A stretch of 64,000 nucleotides of DNA, taken from positions 62,001 through 126,000 of the forward strand of contig NZ_JMCB01000006.1 in assembly GCF_000737315.1 (NCBI RefSeq). Reading direction: 5' to 3'. Source of the DNA: Hyalangium minutum. GTDB lineage: Bacteria > Myxococcota > Myxococcia > Myxococcales > Myxococcaceae. The notes beneath the pieces are model-generated. The model saw only the letters and a list, made by a program, of their open reading frames with translations. It had not been told where the DNA came from and did no database searches. Position numbers and translations under genes: made by a program. How positions within the stretch are numbered: position 1 is the stretch's first letter; the number at the start of each line of letters is the position of its first letter. Of this stretch, positions 10,337-22,189 are shown piece by piece.

Positions 10337-12187
10337 TCACTCCAGCAAGCGCATCACGACCGCCGAGGGCCCCTCTAGTCGCACGACACTGTCTCTCAGC
10401 GGAGACGTCTCCACGGCTCCACCGAAAGCAGGCGCCTCGCTCCACAGCACGACCTGTGCACGCGAGCCCGCAGGCAGGCGCTGCTCGAGCAAACCCTTCA
10501 CGTTGATGAAGGCAAGCAGCCGCTGACCCGCGCCTCGGCGCTCGAGGACGAGCGAGCTTGGGCCTAGCGCCCGCGCCTCGTAGCTGCCCCGGCTCTTCTC
10601 CTTCAGCGCGGGCTCGGTGGCGCGCAGCCACAGCAGCTCCCGGTAGAGCGCTCGGATCTGCGAGTGCGGCGGGCGCTCAGCCTCGGACCAGTCGAGGCGC
10701 GAGCGCTCGAAAGTCTCCTTCGCCTGCGGGTCTGGCACGGTGTCGCCCGCGAAGCGCTTGAAGCCGGCGAACTCCTTGCGGCGGCCCTCGGTGACGAGCC
10801 GCCCCAGCTCCTCGTTGTGGTCCGTGAAGTAGAGGAAGGGCGAGCGGGCGTTCCACTCCTGGCCCATGAACAGCAGCGGCGTGTACGGGGACAGCAGCAG
10901 CAGGGTGCTCATCGCCCGGTAGGCCGCCGGTGTCACATCGTGGCCGAGCCGCTCGCCATGGGCGCGGTTGCCCACCTGATCGTGGTTCTGGGTGCAGTGG
11001 ACGAAGCACCGGGGCGGTAGCTCGCCCGCCGGCGTGCCCCGCGCGTGGCCCTGGTTCTTCGACACCTGTCCCTCGTAGAACCAACCCTGACGGAGCGTGC
11101 GGGCGATGTCCTCCGCGCTGCCCGTATAGTCCTGGTAGTAGCCCTCGCTGTCGCCCGCGAAGGCGCGGCGCAGCTGGTGGTGCAGATCATCCGCCCAGAC
11201 GCCGTCCAGCCCCAGGCCGCCCGCAGAGGCCGGGCGAGGAAGCCGGGCCTCGTTACGCTCGTCCTCGGCGATCACCACCACGCGGCGTCCCGGCGCGGCG
11301 GCGCGGGCCCGGGCGGAGATCTCCGTCAGCAGGTGCGGCGAGCTGTCATCCACGATGGCGTGCGCCGCGTCCAGCCGCAGGCCGTCGGCGTGGTAGTCGC
11401 GGATCCACATGTCCACGTTGGAGAGCACCAACTCCCGCACGGGCGCGGAGTCCTTCCCGTCGTAGTTGACGGCATCCCCCCACGGGGTGTGGTGGCGGCC
11501 GGTGAAGTAGTGCGGCGAGTAGCAGCGCAGGTAGTTCCCGTCCGGCCCGAAGTGGTTGTAGACGGCGTCAATGAGCACGGCGAGCCCGTGCGCGTGCGCG
11601 GCATCGATGAGCTGGCGCAGCCCATTCGGACCGCCATAAGTGTGCTGCGGGGCGAACAGGTCCACCCCGTCGTAGCCCCAGTTGCGCGCGCCCGGGAAGC
11701 TGGCCAACGGCATGAGCTCCAGGGTGTTGATGCCCAGCTCTCGGAGCCCCTTCAGCTGGGGAATGAGCGCCTGGAAGGTGCCCTCGGGCGTCGCGGTGCC
11801 CACGTGCACCTCGTAGATGACGAGCGCATCCGGGTCCGGCCCCTTCCAGCCCGCGTCCGACCAGGCGAAGTCCGGGACCACCACCTCGGAGGGACCATGC
11901 ACGCCCTGCGGCTGGGAGCGGGACCAGGGGTCCGGAAACGGACCCTCCCCGTCCACGCGCAGCTTGTAGCGCACTCCCGCGCCCTGGCCCTCGAGCACGG
12001 CGCTGAAGTAGCCGCCCGGCTCGGCCGTCATCGGCAGCGCGCGGCCCGGCTTTCCCTCCGGGTCGTGCAGCACCACCTCCATGCTCCGGTGCTCGGGGGC
12101 CCAGACCCGCCACCGCACCCGAGGCCCTGCCTCCACCCACGCCCCCAGCCGAGGGACCGCTGCCCGTGACTCCTCCACTTGCGCCAT
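10337..12187 (-). CDS. treZ: Malto-oligosyltrehalose trehalohydrolase (GH13)
   Basis: FPDPWSRSQPQGVHGPS, IYEVHVG, RNWGYDGV, DAVYNHFGPDGNY, GLRLDAAHA, IAEDERN, QNHDQVGNR, LFMGQEW. Confidence 0.95.
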   Translation of the reverse strand: MAQVEESRAAVPRLGAWVEAGPRVRWRVWAPEHRSMEVVLHDPEGKPGRALPMTAEPGGYFSAVLEGQGAGVRYKLRVDGEGPFPDPWSRSQPQGVHGPSEVVVPDFAWSDAGWKGPDPDALVIYEVHVGTATPEGTFQALIPQLKGLRELGINTLELMPLASFPGARNWGYDGVDLFAPQHTYGGPNGLRQLIDAAHAHGLAVLIDAVYNHFGPDGNYLRCYSPHYFTGRHHTPWGDAVNYDGKDSAPVRELVLSNVDMWIRDYHADGLRLDAAHAIVDDSSPHLLTEISARARAAAPGRRVVVIAEDERNEARLPRPASAGGLGLDGVWADDLHHQLRRAFAGDSEGYYQDYTGSAEDIARTLRQGWFYEGQVSKNQGHARGTPAGELPPRCFVHCTQNHDQVGNRAHGERLGHDVTPAAYRAMSTLLLLSPYTPLLFMGQEWNARSPFLYFTDHNEELGRLVTEGRRKEFAGFKRFAGDTVPDPQAKETFERSRLDWSEAERPPHSQIRALYRELLWLRATEPALKEKSRGSYEARALGPSSLVLERRGAGQRLLAFINVKGLLEQRLPAGSRAQVVLWSEAPAFGGAVETSPLRDSVVRLEGPSAVVMRLLE

Positions 12188-12233
12188 GCCTCTTCCTTTA
12201 ATGCGTGCCTGTCGTACCGAGGAGCACCTTGCA

Positions 12234-12512
12234 TCAAAGTCCCTCCCTCTGGCGCCGGAAGATGTTCAGTGGTGGCCTACGGCACTGCGGACTTTGGGAC
12301 AGCCCCGGAGCCAGCTCACTCCAGGACCAGCTGACCATGGCGCTGGCCCCATACCGGAACTGAACCTCTGCTGACAGGAGCCGCCGAGCCGGGTCCCTAG
12401 CAAGCAACCGCTGCGCGAGCACCTCGATCTCCATGAGGAGATCCAGCACTGGGCTGGTCAGCGCGGTGGGCTCGTCCTCGACCTGCACGAAGAGCACCTG
12501 CCGAAGCGCTCC
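12234..12512 (-). pseudogene. Degenerate Ser/Thr kinase fragment (subdomains X-XI)
   Basis: GALRQVLFVQVEDEP...EIEVLAQRLLARDPARRLLSAE aligns ungapped to the neighbouring kinase GEQMKVLFAQVEEEP...ELERIVLRLLAKRPSQRFQSAE (20 of 49 identical by hand count). No N-lobe or catalytic loop. Confidence 0.65.
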
Positions 12513-14306
12513 TCACCGCTTCGAGAGGAACTGGCGCTCCCACTCCTCCAGCATCCTCGCCAGCTTCATGCGCTGCGCTCCTGTCGTCGCGGCGTCCGCC
12601 ATCTTCTGGATCTCCATCAGCCGGGCCATGGCAGGAGAGAAGACGGCTTGCTGGTCCTTCCGGCTCAACCGAATGGTTGCGTCCGCCAGCCGCTGCTGCA
12701 GCACGTCCGGATTGAGCTCGATGTTGGGCGTGGCAGGTGGGGCGGCCGGCTCGGGAGAGACCATGAGGGTGGGTGCCTCAGAGGCTTTGGCTGTCGAACT
12801 CTTCGACAGAGTTCCTGGCTGCTGCACACCGGAAGGAGGAGGCGAGGCTTGGACTCCGTTCGCCGTGTCCCGCCCAGGAACCTTCGCGGGCTCGGTCAGG
12901 GCAGCCTCCTTGCTCTGCGGCACAGCCCTCCCTCTGGGAAGAGCCGAAGGGCGCCTTTGCGCCAAGTGATCCTCCTTGGGAGGGGGCTGCACAGCCTGGG
13001 TGGCTATCACTGGCTCAACAGCCCTGGGCGCCTCCGCCTGCTGAGGAGGCGGGGGCGCCTGAACCGGCGGCGCAGGTTCCTTCTCGGCCCGGGCCACGGG
13101 GGGTGGCTCCGTGGGCAAAGCCCTTCGGCCAAACCCGCTCAATCCCACCACGCCTGAAGCAACTACCAGGGACGCGGCCCCCAAGCCCATGACCCACAGA
13201 CGCCTGGAGGGCTTGGAGGGCACAGGGGCCGTGGCCGGTCCACGCAAGGACGCGGTGGCTCCCGCGAGGGAAACGGGCGTCAGCAGGGTAACGGTGGGAG
13301 GGTACACAGGCTCTGCCGCAACCTGTGACCCCTTCCCTGCGCCCGTGTCCTGTCTCGAGAGAAACGCATCGAGTTCCCGCCGCACTTCCTCTGCAGACTG
13401 GAAGCGTTGCGAGGGGCGCTTGGCGAGCAGCCTCAACACAATGCGCTCCAGTTCCAGCGGAACCTCCGGCGCCAGCCTGGACGGCTTCGGGGGCTCTTCT
13501 TCCACCTGCGCGAAGAGCACCTTCATCTGCTCACCGATGAACGGGCGCCGGCCTGTGAGCAGCTGGAAGGCAATCACTCCCACGGCGTAGAGGTCCGCGG
13601 TGGGCTCCACCTTCTCACCCCGGATCTGCTCAGGCGACATGTACTCGGGAGTTCCCAGAATGTGGCCTGACATGGTCAGAGCGCTGACGGTCTGGGACTG
13701 CGTCACCTTCGCGATTCCGAAGTCGAGCAACTTCACGGAGTGCGCGCCCTCGGCCTCCTGCTTCAGGAACACATTGCCGGGCTTCAGATCGCGGTGAATG
13801 ACGCCCCCGCGGTGCGCCGCCCCCAGCGCCGCGAGCATCTCATCGAGGATCTTCGCCGCCTCAATGGCGCCGAGCCTCACTCGCTTTCGGAGATAGGCGT
13901 CCATCGACACTCCGTGGAGCAGCTCCATCACCACATATGGGCGGCCGTCGAAAAGCTGCCCAAAGCCAAAGATGTCGATCACTCCCCGGTGCTGGATGGC
14001 GTTGACCACTCGCGCCTCTACCAACAGCCGCTTGACCAGTTCCCCTGCTTCAGCCAGCTCCGCCTTCAGGACTTTGATGGCGACCTGCTTCCCAATGAGT
14101 GGCTGGACGGCCCGGTAGACGATCCCCATGCCGCCCGCGCCGATTCGTTCCTTGATGATGTACTCGCTGACCTGCGTCTCAAGGAGTGGATCCCCCCCTT
14201 GCTCTGGAGGAGACGAAGGCTCCAAGGCATGACCGTCCCATGGGCAGAACACCATGCCACTCGGCAGCTGCTTGCTGCAGGCTGGGCACTTCATGGCCTG
14301 CTCCAT
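12513..14306 (-). CDS. Membrane Ser/Thr protein kinase with N-terminal zinc ribbon
   Basis: CPAC...FCPWDG ribbon; GAGGMGIV, VAIK, HRDLKPGN, DFG, GTPEYMSPE; TM LWVMGLGAASLVVASGVVGL; Pro/Ala-rich tail. Start 14306 or 14294. Confidence 0.92.
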   Translation of the reverse strand: MEQAMKCPACSKQLPSGMVFCPWDGHALEPSSPPEQGGDPLLETQVSEYIIKERIGAGGMGIVYRAVQPLIGKQVAIKVLKAELAEAGELVKRLLVEARVVNAIQHRGVIDIFGFGQLFDGRPYVVMELLHGVSMDAYLRKRVRLGAIEAAKILDEMLAALGAAHRGGVIHRDLKPGNVFLKQEAEGAHSVKLLDFGIAKVTQSQTVSALTMSGHILGTPEYMSPEQIRGEKVEPTADLYAVGVIAFQLLTGRRPFIGEQMKVLFAQVEEEPPKPSRLAPEVPLELERIVLRLLAKRPSQRFQSAEEVRRELDAFLSRQDTGAGKGSQVAAEPVYPPTVTLLTPVSLAGATASLRGPATAPVPSKPSRRLWVMGLGAASLVVASGVVGLSGFGRRALPTEPPPVARAEKEPAPPVQAPPPPQQAEAPRAVEPVIATQAVQPPPKEDHLAQRRPSALPRGRAVPQSKEAALTEPAKVPGRDTANGVQASPPPSGVQQPGTLSKSSTAKASEAPTLMVSPEPAAPPATPNIELNPDVLQQRLADATIRLSRKDQQAVFSPAMARLMEIQKMADAATTGAQRMKLARMLEEWERQFLSKR

Positions 14307-14615
14307 GGCATTTCCCCCAGCGGGTCGCTTGAGTCTCCAGAGTGGTGCCTCCAGAAGAGACGACGAGAGCACAAGGTCAAGCGTGCCTCACTCCCACTTT
14401 CGTACCAGCGAGCCTCTGCGCGTCCAGGGTTTGGGTTTCAACGAGCCCCCTGCTGAGCAAGTGGGCTCTGGGAATGCACGCCCTGGGTAAAGGAAAGCAG
14501 GCGGCCCACCAGGGCCCCGGTAGGAGGCCTCCCCCCTGAGCAGGGCAGCAGACACGGTCCGCCTCCCGGCCTCTCCATCCTTACGGTGAGTGGGAGAAAC
14601 GGGAGGCAGAACGCC

Positions 14616-14999
14616 ATGCATCACACCCGGGAAATTCCTCGCGAGGTCTGGTCCGACTATCTCACCCTGCTGAGCGGCATGAACCGCTCCCAGTGGGTTC
14701 GCATCGAGGCGGCCAGTATCGACATTGGTGAACAGCCCTTGGCCCAGCGCCTGCCGCTCATCGACATCTCCTACGTGGAGAAGGGCAGCGGACGAGATGC
14801 CATCGAGGTGACGGTGGGCCGTCCAGGCGAAGAAATCACCCACCGCATCTTCCACCCGGAGCGCATCTACGCGGACGAGAGTGAGAGCGGCGAGCTGGAG
14901 TGCCTGGACATCGAAGACACGGGGCGCACCAAGACGATCATCTTCTTCGAGCCCATGCAGGCCATCGACACGGTCTCGGACACGCAGCCGCAGGCCTGA
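14616..14999 (+). CDS. DUF5335-like small protein
   Basis: MHHTREIPREVWSDYL...GEQPLAQRLPLIDISY...EITHRIFHPERI...LDIEDTGRTKT, a pattern I recall for DUF5335; GGAGG upstream of ATG 14616. Confidence 0.65.
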   Translation: MHHTREIPREVWSDYLTLLSGMNRSQWVRIEAASIDIGEQPLAQRLPLIDISYVEKGSGRDAIEVTVGRPGEEITHRIFHPERIYADESESGELECLDIEDTGRTKTIIFFEPMQAIDTVSDTQPQA

Positions 15000-15013
15000 G
15001 CGGCCGCGCACCC

Positions 15014-15050
15014 AAAAGAAAAGGGGCGGACCCCGCGAGGAGCCCGCCCC
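15014..15050 (-). terminator. Intrinsic terminator downstream of the S8 protease
   Basis: GGGGCGG / CCGCCCC stem followed on the minus strand by TTTTCTTTT (AAAAGAAAA at 15014-15022). Confidence 0.8.
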
Positions 15051-15075
15051 AGAATGCCCACCCAGCTCTCAGGAA

Positions 15076-16605
<1,530 letters not shown>

Positions 16606-16640
16606 GTGATTCCTCGAAATACCCACGGGGGATGGCCCGC

Positions 16641-16688
16641 AAAGACAAAGGCCAGAGCCGCGCCCCGTTGAGGAGCACGACTCCGGCC
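16641..16688 (-). terminator. Hairpin or intrinsic terminator between the M57 and S8 genes
   Basis: Minus strand GAGTCGTGCTCC-loop-GGGGCGCGGCTC 12-bp stem whose three mismatches are all G-U pairs, followed by TGGCCTTTGTCTTT. Confidence 0.65.
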
Positions 16689-16738
16689 TTCAAGACTCCG
16701 CCGTGGCTCAAGTGGCCACGGAGTTCTTTGAAATCAGC

Positions 16739-17536
16739 TTACGGGTAGAGAGCGCGAGCGCCAGTCTTGTCGGAGCTGGTGAGGACCAGGTCGCCCGAGT
16801 TCGTGCCGGCGCACTGGGGGTAGTGCATGACCGACTTGGAGTCGTAGCTGGTGAGCGCGCGCCAGTTCGCATCCTCGTAGCAGCCGGTGGAGGACAGGCG
16901 GGTGTGCTCGTGGCGGAAGCCGATGGTGTGGCCCAGCTCGTGGCGCAGGATGCCGGCCAGGGTGTAGGGCGAGATGCTGCCGAAGGCGCTGGTGCTGATC
17001 AGCACGTTGCGGGCCGAGCGGCCCGAGTTGGGGAAGAACGCGCGGGCCAGGTAGCTGGTGTCGCTCGTCTGGCGCACGTCGAACAGCACGCCCGTCTGGC
17101 TCGCGGTGCAGTTGCTGTCGTAGGTGCTGGAGTGCACGAAGTTGACGTTGGCCGTGGCCTCCCAGGCGGAAGCGGCGCTGGTCATCGCGTTCACCACGGT
17201 GCTGTAGCGGCTGCCGAAGCTGGAGCTGCTCACGCAGTAGGTGAGGTTGCGCGCCTGGGTGGAGCTCCACTTGATGTCGCCGCCGATGTAATACACGGCC
17301 AGCTCGCCCTCGCTGTGGTTCGCGGCGACGTTGTTGTCGTAGTACTCCTTGAGCGCCTGCTCGTTCTCCACCGCGATGTCCATGTCGACGATGTAGACGT
17401 CGCCGTCACCCTTGACGGCCGAGGCCTTGAACTCCTCCCACGACATGGGCGTCTTCTCCTGCGCCATGTCCTCGGAGCCACCACAGCCAAAGAGGGCCAG
17501 ACCCGCCAGCATCGCAACGGAACGGAACTTGAGCAT
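16739..17536 (-). CDS. Zinc metalloprotease lipoprotein, M57-like (metzincin)
   Basis: HELGHTIGFRHEH zinc motif, Met-turn SVMHY, lipobox LALFGC; start MLKFRS at 17536. Confidence 0.85.
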   Translation of the reverse strand: MLKFRSVAMLAGLALFGCGGSEDMAQEKTPMSWEEFKASAVKGDGDVYIVDMDIAVENEQALKEYYDNNVAANHSEGELAVYYIGGDIKWSSTQARNLTYCVSSSSFGSRYSTVVNAMTSAASAWEATANVNFVHSSTYDSNCTASQTGVLFDVRQTSDTSYLARAFFPNSGRSARNVLISTSAFGSISPYTLAGILRHELGHTIGFRHEHTRLSSTGCYEDANWRALTSYDSKSVMHYPQCAGTNSGDLVLTSSDKTGARALYP

Positions 17537-17833
17537 TCGTCTTCCTCGGGAAGCACTTCGGGGGATTGAGCCGGCCGCCTGGGACACCTGCAGCCGCGGC
17601 CGGCGCGCCTCTCCCTTGAGCAAGGCCCGGGCCAAACCCCAGGACAACGAAAAATCAGGGTTTACCCAGCAGAGAGGGGGAAACCCGGAGTGCTCAGACT
17701 CCAATATTCTGAGACAAATCTGTAAAAGAATGTGACAGTCCTGCGAACAAGTGCCCGGAGAGACACCGAAAGTGTGACTTGCGAGGCCCTGACTCAAAAC
17801 AGGACAGGAGCGTCCTGGATTGAGACACCCCGC

Positions 17834-20800
17834 TCAGCGGGCCCGGCCCACGAGCGCGAGGAGCTGGGCGCCATAGCGCTGCACCAGCTTGGGGCCCACG
17901 CCCGGGATGGACATGAGCGTCTCGTTGTCCGCGGGGCGCGTGGCGGCGAGAGCCCCCAGCACGCGATCCGTGAGGATGCGGAAGGCGGGGATGCGCCGCC
18001 GCTTGGCCTCGCCCAGGCGCCACGCCTTGAGCGCCTCGACCAGCGCGGGGGAAGGCATGGGCTCGAAGGCGCCCGGCCCGGAGCGCCCGCCCCGCCCACG
18101 CCGCACGCCTACGTCATCCTCGTCCCACTCGGTGGTGAGCTCGGAAGAAGGCTCGGAAGAGGGCTTCGGGGTGCGCTCCCACGCGGAGGCACGCCGTGGC
18201 TTCTCCGAGCGCTTCGTCGCCGCCTGGGTGCGGCGGACGCGGCGCTTCTTGGGAGCCTTGGCCTGAGGCGCGGGCGCTGCTGGGAGCATCACCACATCCG
18301 GCGCGAGCACACGGGTGCGCTGGCCATCGGGGGTGAGCGTCAGCCGCTGGAAGGTGATGCGCTGGCCGTCCTTCTCGAAGGCGTCCTCGCTCAGCCGGGC
18401 CAGCCCGGCGCGCACGAGCCCTCCCACGAGCCGCTCGAACTCCCGGCGCGGCAGGGACTCACCAAAGAGCTCGCGGTGCAGGCGGCCCGTGGCCTGTCCA
18501 TCCCGCTCGTGCAGCGCGTCCAGGATGCGCCCGAGCGACTGAAGCTCACCCTCACCGGGCTCGGCGAAGCGCAAGGTGACGCACGTCTCAGGGGCGCACA
18601 CGTCACACAGCCCACAGGCCCTGCCCGAGTCCTGCACATCACCGAAATGCTCCACCAGGTGCCGCATCCGGCAGCCCGAGGCCTCCGCGTACCGGCCCAT
18701 CTGCTCCAGGTGGAGCAGCTTGCGCTCACGCTGGGCCCCATAGGGGGTGGCCCAGCCAGGCCGTCCCCGGTGGACCTGCTCATCTGGCGTCATCACCAGG
18801 CCACCGTGGATCCACAGTTGCTCGACGGCCTTGTCGAAGACCTCGGGCTCCATGCGGACCCGGGCCTGGAGCGCCTCCTTGGGCTCCAGCTGCTCGCGAG
18901 CGGCGCGGTAGAGGCCTTCGAGGACGCGGGGCTCGGGGTAGTCGCGTTGGTGGAAGAACTCGTGGGTGCGACGATCCACATAGGAGTGGAGCAGCACGGC
19001 GCGGGACAGCTTGCCATCCCGCCCCGCGCGTCCCAGCTCCTGGTAGTAGCCCTCGAGGCTCGAGGGCAGCGCGGCATGGAGCACGGTGCGCACGTCCGCC
19101 TTGTCGATGCCCATGCCGAACGCGGTGGTGGCGACGATGACCTTCACGCGGCCCTCGAGGAACGCGGCCTGGACGCGGTCTCGCTCCGCGGGCTGCATGC
19201 CCGCGTGGTACACGGCGGTGGGAAAGTCCGAGCTCAGCACCTCCGCGAACTGCTCGGCGTGCTTGCGCGTGGAGGCGTAGACGATGGCCGGGCGCCGCTC
19301 CGGTTCGGAGAGCACGTCACGGATGGCCTCGCCGCGCTGGCTCGGGGTGAGCTCGCGCACCTCGAGGGCGATGTTGGTGCGGCGGAAGCCGTGGATGAAG
19401 GTGCGCGCCGCGCCACCTCGAACGCCCTTCAGCCCGAGCTGCTGGACGATGTCCTTCTGCACGTCCGGCGTCGCCGTGGCGGTGAGGGCCACCACGGGGG
19501 CGGGGCGCAGCAGGGGCAGCCGCGCGCCGAGCAACCGGTAGTCGGGGCGGAAGTCATGCCCCCACTGGGAGATGCAGTGAGCCTCGTCGATGGCGATGAG
19601 CGCGGGCGGGCGGCGGGCCAGCAGCTCCACGAAGCCGGGCACGCCGAGCCGCTCGGGCGCAATGAAGAGAAAGTCCAGGTGGCCCTCGAGGTAGTCCGCG
19701 CACACCTGCCGGGAGGTGGCCCTGTCCCGCCCCGAGTGGATGCGCTCCGCCGCGAACCCGAGCGACTGGAGCCGCGTCACCTGGTCCTCCATGAGCGCGA
19801 TGAGCGGGCTCACCACGAGCGTCGTCCCCGCGCGCGCCAGGCCCGGCAACTGGTAGCACAGCGACTTGCCCGCTCCGGTGGGCATCACCAGCAGCAGGTC
19901 CTCCCCCATCGTGGCGGCCCGGCAGACATCCTCTTGATAGGGCCGGAAGTCTTCGAAGCCGAACGCCTCCTTGAGAAGCTTGCGGAGCTCACCGGGCGGC
20001 GTAGGGGCCCGAGGCACACGGCGAGGCCGGCCCGTCGCCGCCGCGGGTGCCGCCTCTGAACGCGCCCGAGAGGGAGACGCGGCACTCCTCTCGGGAGCCT
20101 CTCGCGAAGGCACCTCACCGGGTGCCACGGAAGCGGGCCGGGGAACCGGGGGCGGCCTCGGCGGCGAGCCCATGGGCACCTTGCCCACCACCTCGATGAC
20201 ATAGGCCTCGATGCTGCGCAGGAAGTCGGCGAGGTCGCCGCGCCCGCGCTCGATGCGCTGGAGCCACGCCTCCCACTGCCCCGTCATCGCGGGCGACTTC
20301 ACATCCGGATGAACGACCTCGATGAGCCGGATGCCCTTCTCCGTCGCCTCCAGCGACTTGCCCCGGCGGTGCAGGTATTCGCGCTCCAGCAGCACCTCGA
20401 TGATGGCGGCGCGCGTGGCCGGAGTGCCCAGCCCGGTCTCCTTCATCGCATCCGCCAGCTCCTTCTCATCCAGCGCCTTGCCCGCCGTCTCCATCGCCGT
20501 GAGCAGCGAGGCGTCCGTGAGGCGCGGTGGCGGCCGCGTGCGCTTCTTCACCGCCTCCACGTCCTCCACCTTCTGCGGCTGCCCCTGCTTCAGCCCGGCA
20601 GGCAGATCCTGCGAGTCCTCCTCCTCCTTGCCCTCGCCCTCCTCCTTGTCCTTCGCGTCCTTGGCGGTGCGCTCCTTGGGAGGCTTCACCCCGCCCACGT
20701 CCAGCACCTTCCACCCCGCGCGCACCACCTGGGTGCCCGAGCTGTGGAACCGGTCCACCCGCGCCGCTCCACCGGCCGGCCCCTGCGAGCTCACCGCGGT

Positions 20801-22189
20801 GATGACGGTGGTGACGGACCAGAGGTGGTCCTCGTGCCAGGCCGACAGCAGCCGGCGGCACACCAGCTCGTAGATGCGCCGCTCGTCCTGAGACAGCTGC
20901 ACCCCGTCCGGCGAGGTGGGCGTGGGGACGATGGCGTGGTGGTCCGTCACCTTCGAGTCATCCACGAAGCGCCGTCCCAGGGGCCGCTCCCCCGTGCCGG
21001 CCGCCAGCAGCGGCTCGTAGGGCCTGCGGATGGCTCGCACCACGTCCGGCAGCGTGGCCGCCACCTCCGCCGACAGGTGCCGGCTCGAGGTGCGCGGGTA
21101 GCTCAGCAGCTTGTGCTTCTCGTACAGCGCCTGGGCCAGCTCCAGCGTCCGCTGCGCGCTGTATCCATAGAGCCGGTTCGCGTGCCGCTGCAGCTCCGTC
21201 AAGTCATACAGGAGCGGCGGCGCCATCTTCTTCGTCTCGGAGGTGAGCGATTCAATGGATGCGCGGCCCGTCTTCACCCGCGCCATCACCTCGCCCGCCT
21301 CCACGCCGTCCGCCGCCAGCCGCCGGGCCTCGCGCACGCCCTCGCCCAGCTTGGCGCCCGTCTTCGGATCCACGTCGCGGAACCACGTGCCCCGGTACCG
21401 AGTCTCGTGCGGCATCCCCGCCGCCTGCGGCGCGAAGGTGGCCACCACCTCCAGGTAGTCTTCGGGGACGAAGTGGCGGATGGCCAGCTCGCGCTCCACC
21501 ACCATGGCCAGCGTGGGCGTCTGCACCCGCCCCACCGACAGCATGTCCCCGCCCGCCAGCGTGTAGAGCCGCGACAGGTTCATCCCCACCAGCCAGTCCG
21601 CCCGGCTGCGTCCCTTGGCCGCGTCCGACAGCGCGTCGTACGCACTGCCGTCCTTCAACTGCCGGAAGCCCTCGCGGATGGCGCTCTCCGTCAGCGACGA
21701 CACCCACAGCCGCTTCACCGGCTTGCGGCACCCTGCCGCCTCATAGATGTAACGGAAGATGAGCTCGCCCTCGCGGCCCGCGTCCGTGGCGCACACCACC
21801 GCAGCCACCTCGGGCGCGTTCATCACCTCGCGCACCACGGAGAACTGGGAGCGCGTGCCGTCGGCCACCATCAGCGGCCACTCGCGCGGCAGCATGGGCA
21901 GCTGCTCGCGGCTCCAGCGCTTCCACTCGGGACGAATCTCGTGCGGCTGGGCCAGCCCCACCAGGTGGCCAATGGCCCACGTCACCACATAGCCATTGCC
22001 CCGGAACCAGCCCTCCCCGCGCTGCGAGGCACCCAGCGCCCGGGCAATGTCCCGCGCCACGGCCGGCTTCTCCGCCACCACGGCCAGCACGGACGCACCC
22101 CTCCTCGGAGTGGCCTCCCGGCCCCCCTCACGCCCCACCTCCTGGGTCCTCTCGCTGTCGAGCCCTGCGCCCATCGCATCCCACCTCAT
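17834..22189 (-). CDS. DNA topoisomerase III (type IA) - RecQ helicase - HRDC fusion protein
   Basis: One uninterrupted ORF. Topoisomerase (about 22090-20170): [35 protein letters not shown], catalytic SYPRT (Tyr codon 21098-21100), [16 protein letters not shown]. RecQ (about 19985-18300): [57 protein letters not shown], Zn site CRMRHL..CGLCDVC. HRDC: [21 protein letters not shown]...IPGVGPK. AGGAGG upstream of ATG 22189. Confidence 0.93.
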   Translation of the reverse strand: MRWDAMGAGLDSERTQEVGREGGREATPRRGASVLAVVAEKPAVARDIARALGASQRGEGWFRGNGYVVTWAIGHLVGLAQPHEIRPEWKRWSREQLPMLPREWPLMVADGTRSQFSVVREVMNAPEVAAVVCATDAGREGELIFRYIYEAAGCRKPVKRLWVSSLTESAIREGFRQLKDGSAYDALSDAAKGRSRADWLVGMNLSRLYTLAGGDMLSVGRVQTPTLAMVVERELAIRHFVPEDYLEVVATFAPQAAGMPHETRYRGTWFRDVDPKTGAKLGEGVREARRLAADGVEAGEVMARVKTGRASIESLTSETKKMAPPLLYDLTELQRHANRLYGYSAQRTLELAQALYEKHKLLSYPRTSSRHLSAEVAATLPDVVRAIRRPYEPLLAAGTGERPLGRRFVDDSKVTDHHAIVPTPTSPDGVQLSQDERRIYELVCRRLLSAWHEDHLWSVTTVITAVSSQGPAGGAARVDRFHSSGTQVVRAGWKVLDVGGVKPPKERTAKDAKDKEEGEGKEEEDSQDLPAGLKQGQPQKVEDVEAVKKRTRPPPRLTDASLLTAMETAGKALDEKELADAMKETGLGTPATRAAIIEVLLEREYLHRRGKSLEATEKGIRLIEVVHPDVKSPAMTGQWEAWLQRIERGRGDLADFLRSIEAYVIEVVGKVPMGSPPRPPPVPRPASVAPGEVPSREAPERSAASPSRARSEAAPAAATGRPRRVPRAPTPPGELRKLLKEAFGFEDFRPYQEDVCRAATMGEDLLLVMPTGAGKSLCYQLPGLARAGTTLVVSPLIALMEDQVTRLQSLGFAAERIHSGRDRATSRQVCADYLEGHLDFLFIAPERLGVPGFVELLARRPPALIAIDEAHCISQWGHDFRPDYRLLGARLPLLRPAPVVALTATATPDVQKDIVQQLGLKGVRGGAARTFIHGFRRTNIALEVRELTPSQRGEAIRDVLSEPERRPAIVYASTRKHAEQFAEVLSSDFPTAVYHAGMQPAERDRVQAAFLEGRVKVIVATTAFGMGIDKADVRTVLHAALPSSLEGYYQELGRAGRDGKLSRAVLLHSYVDRRTHEFFHQRDYPEPRVLEGLYRAAREQLEPKEALQARVRMEPEVFDKAVEQLWIHGGLVMTPDEQVHRGRPGWATPYGAQRERKLLHLEQMGRYAEASGCRMRHLVEHFGDVQDSGRACGLCDVCAPETCVTLRFAEPGEGELQSLGRILDALHERDGQATGRLHRELFGESLPRREFERLVGGLVRAGLARLSEDAFEKDGQRITFQRLTLTPDGQRTRVLAPDVVMLPAAPAPQAKAPKKRRVRRTQAATKRSEKPRRASAWERTPKPSSEPSSELTTEWDEDDVGVRRGRGGRSGPGAFEPMPSPALVEALKAWRLGEAKRRRIPAFRILTDRVLGALAATRPADNETLMSIPGVGPKLVQRYGAQLLALVGRAR

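Noticed and set aside
17834-22189. Calling the fusion reverse gyrase
   Set aside because: Domain order is inverted, the helicase is clearly RecQ ([15 protein letters not shown] Zn, HRDC) and there is no N-terminal Zn finger of reverse gyrase.
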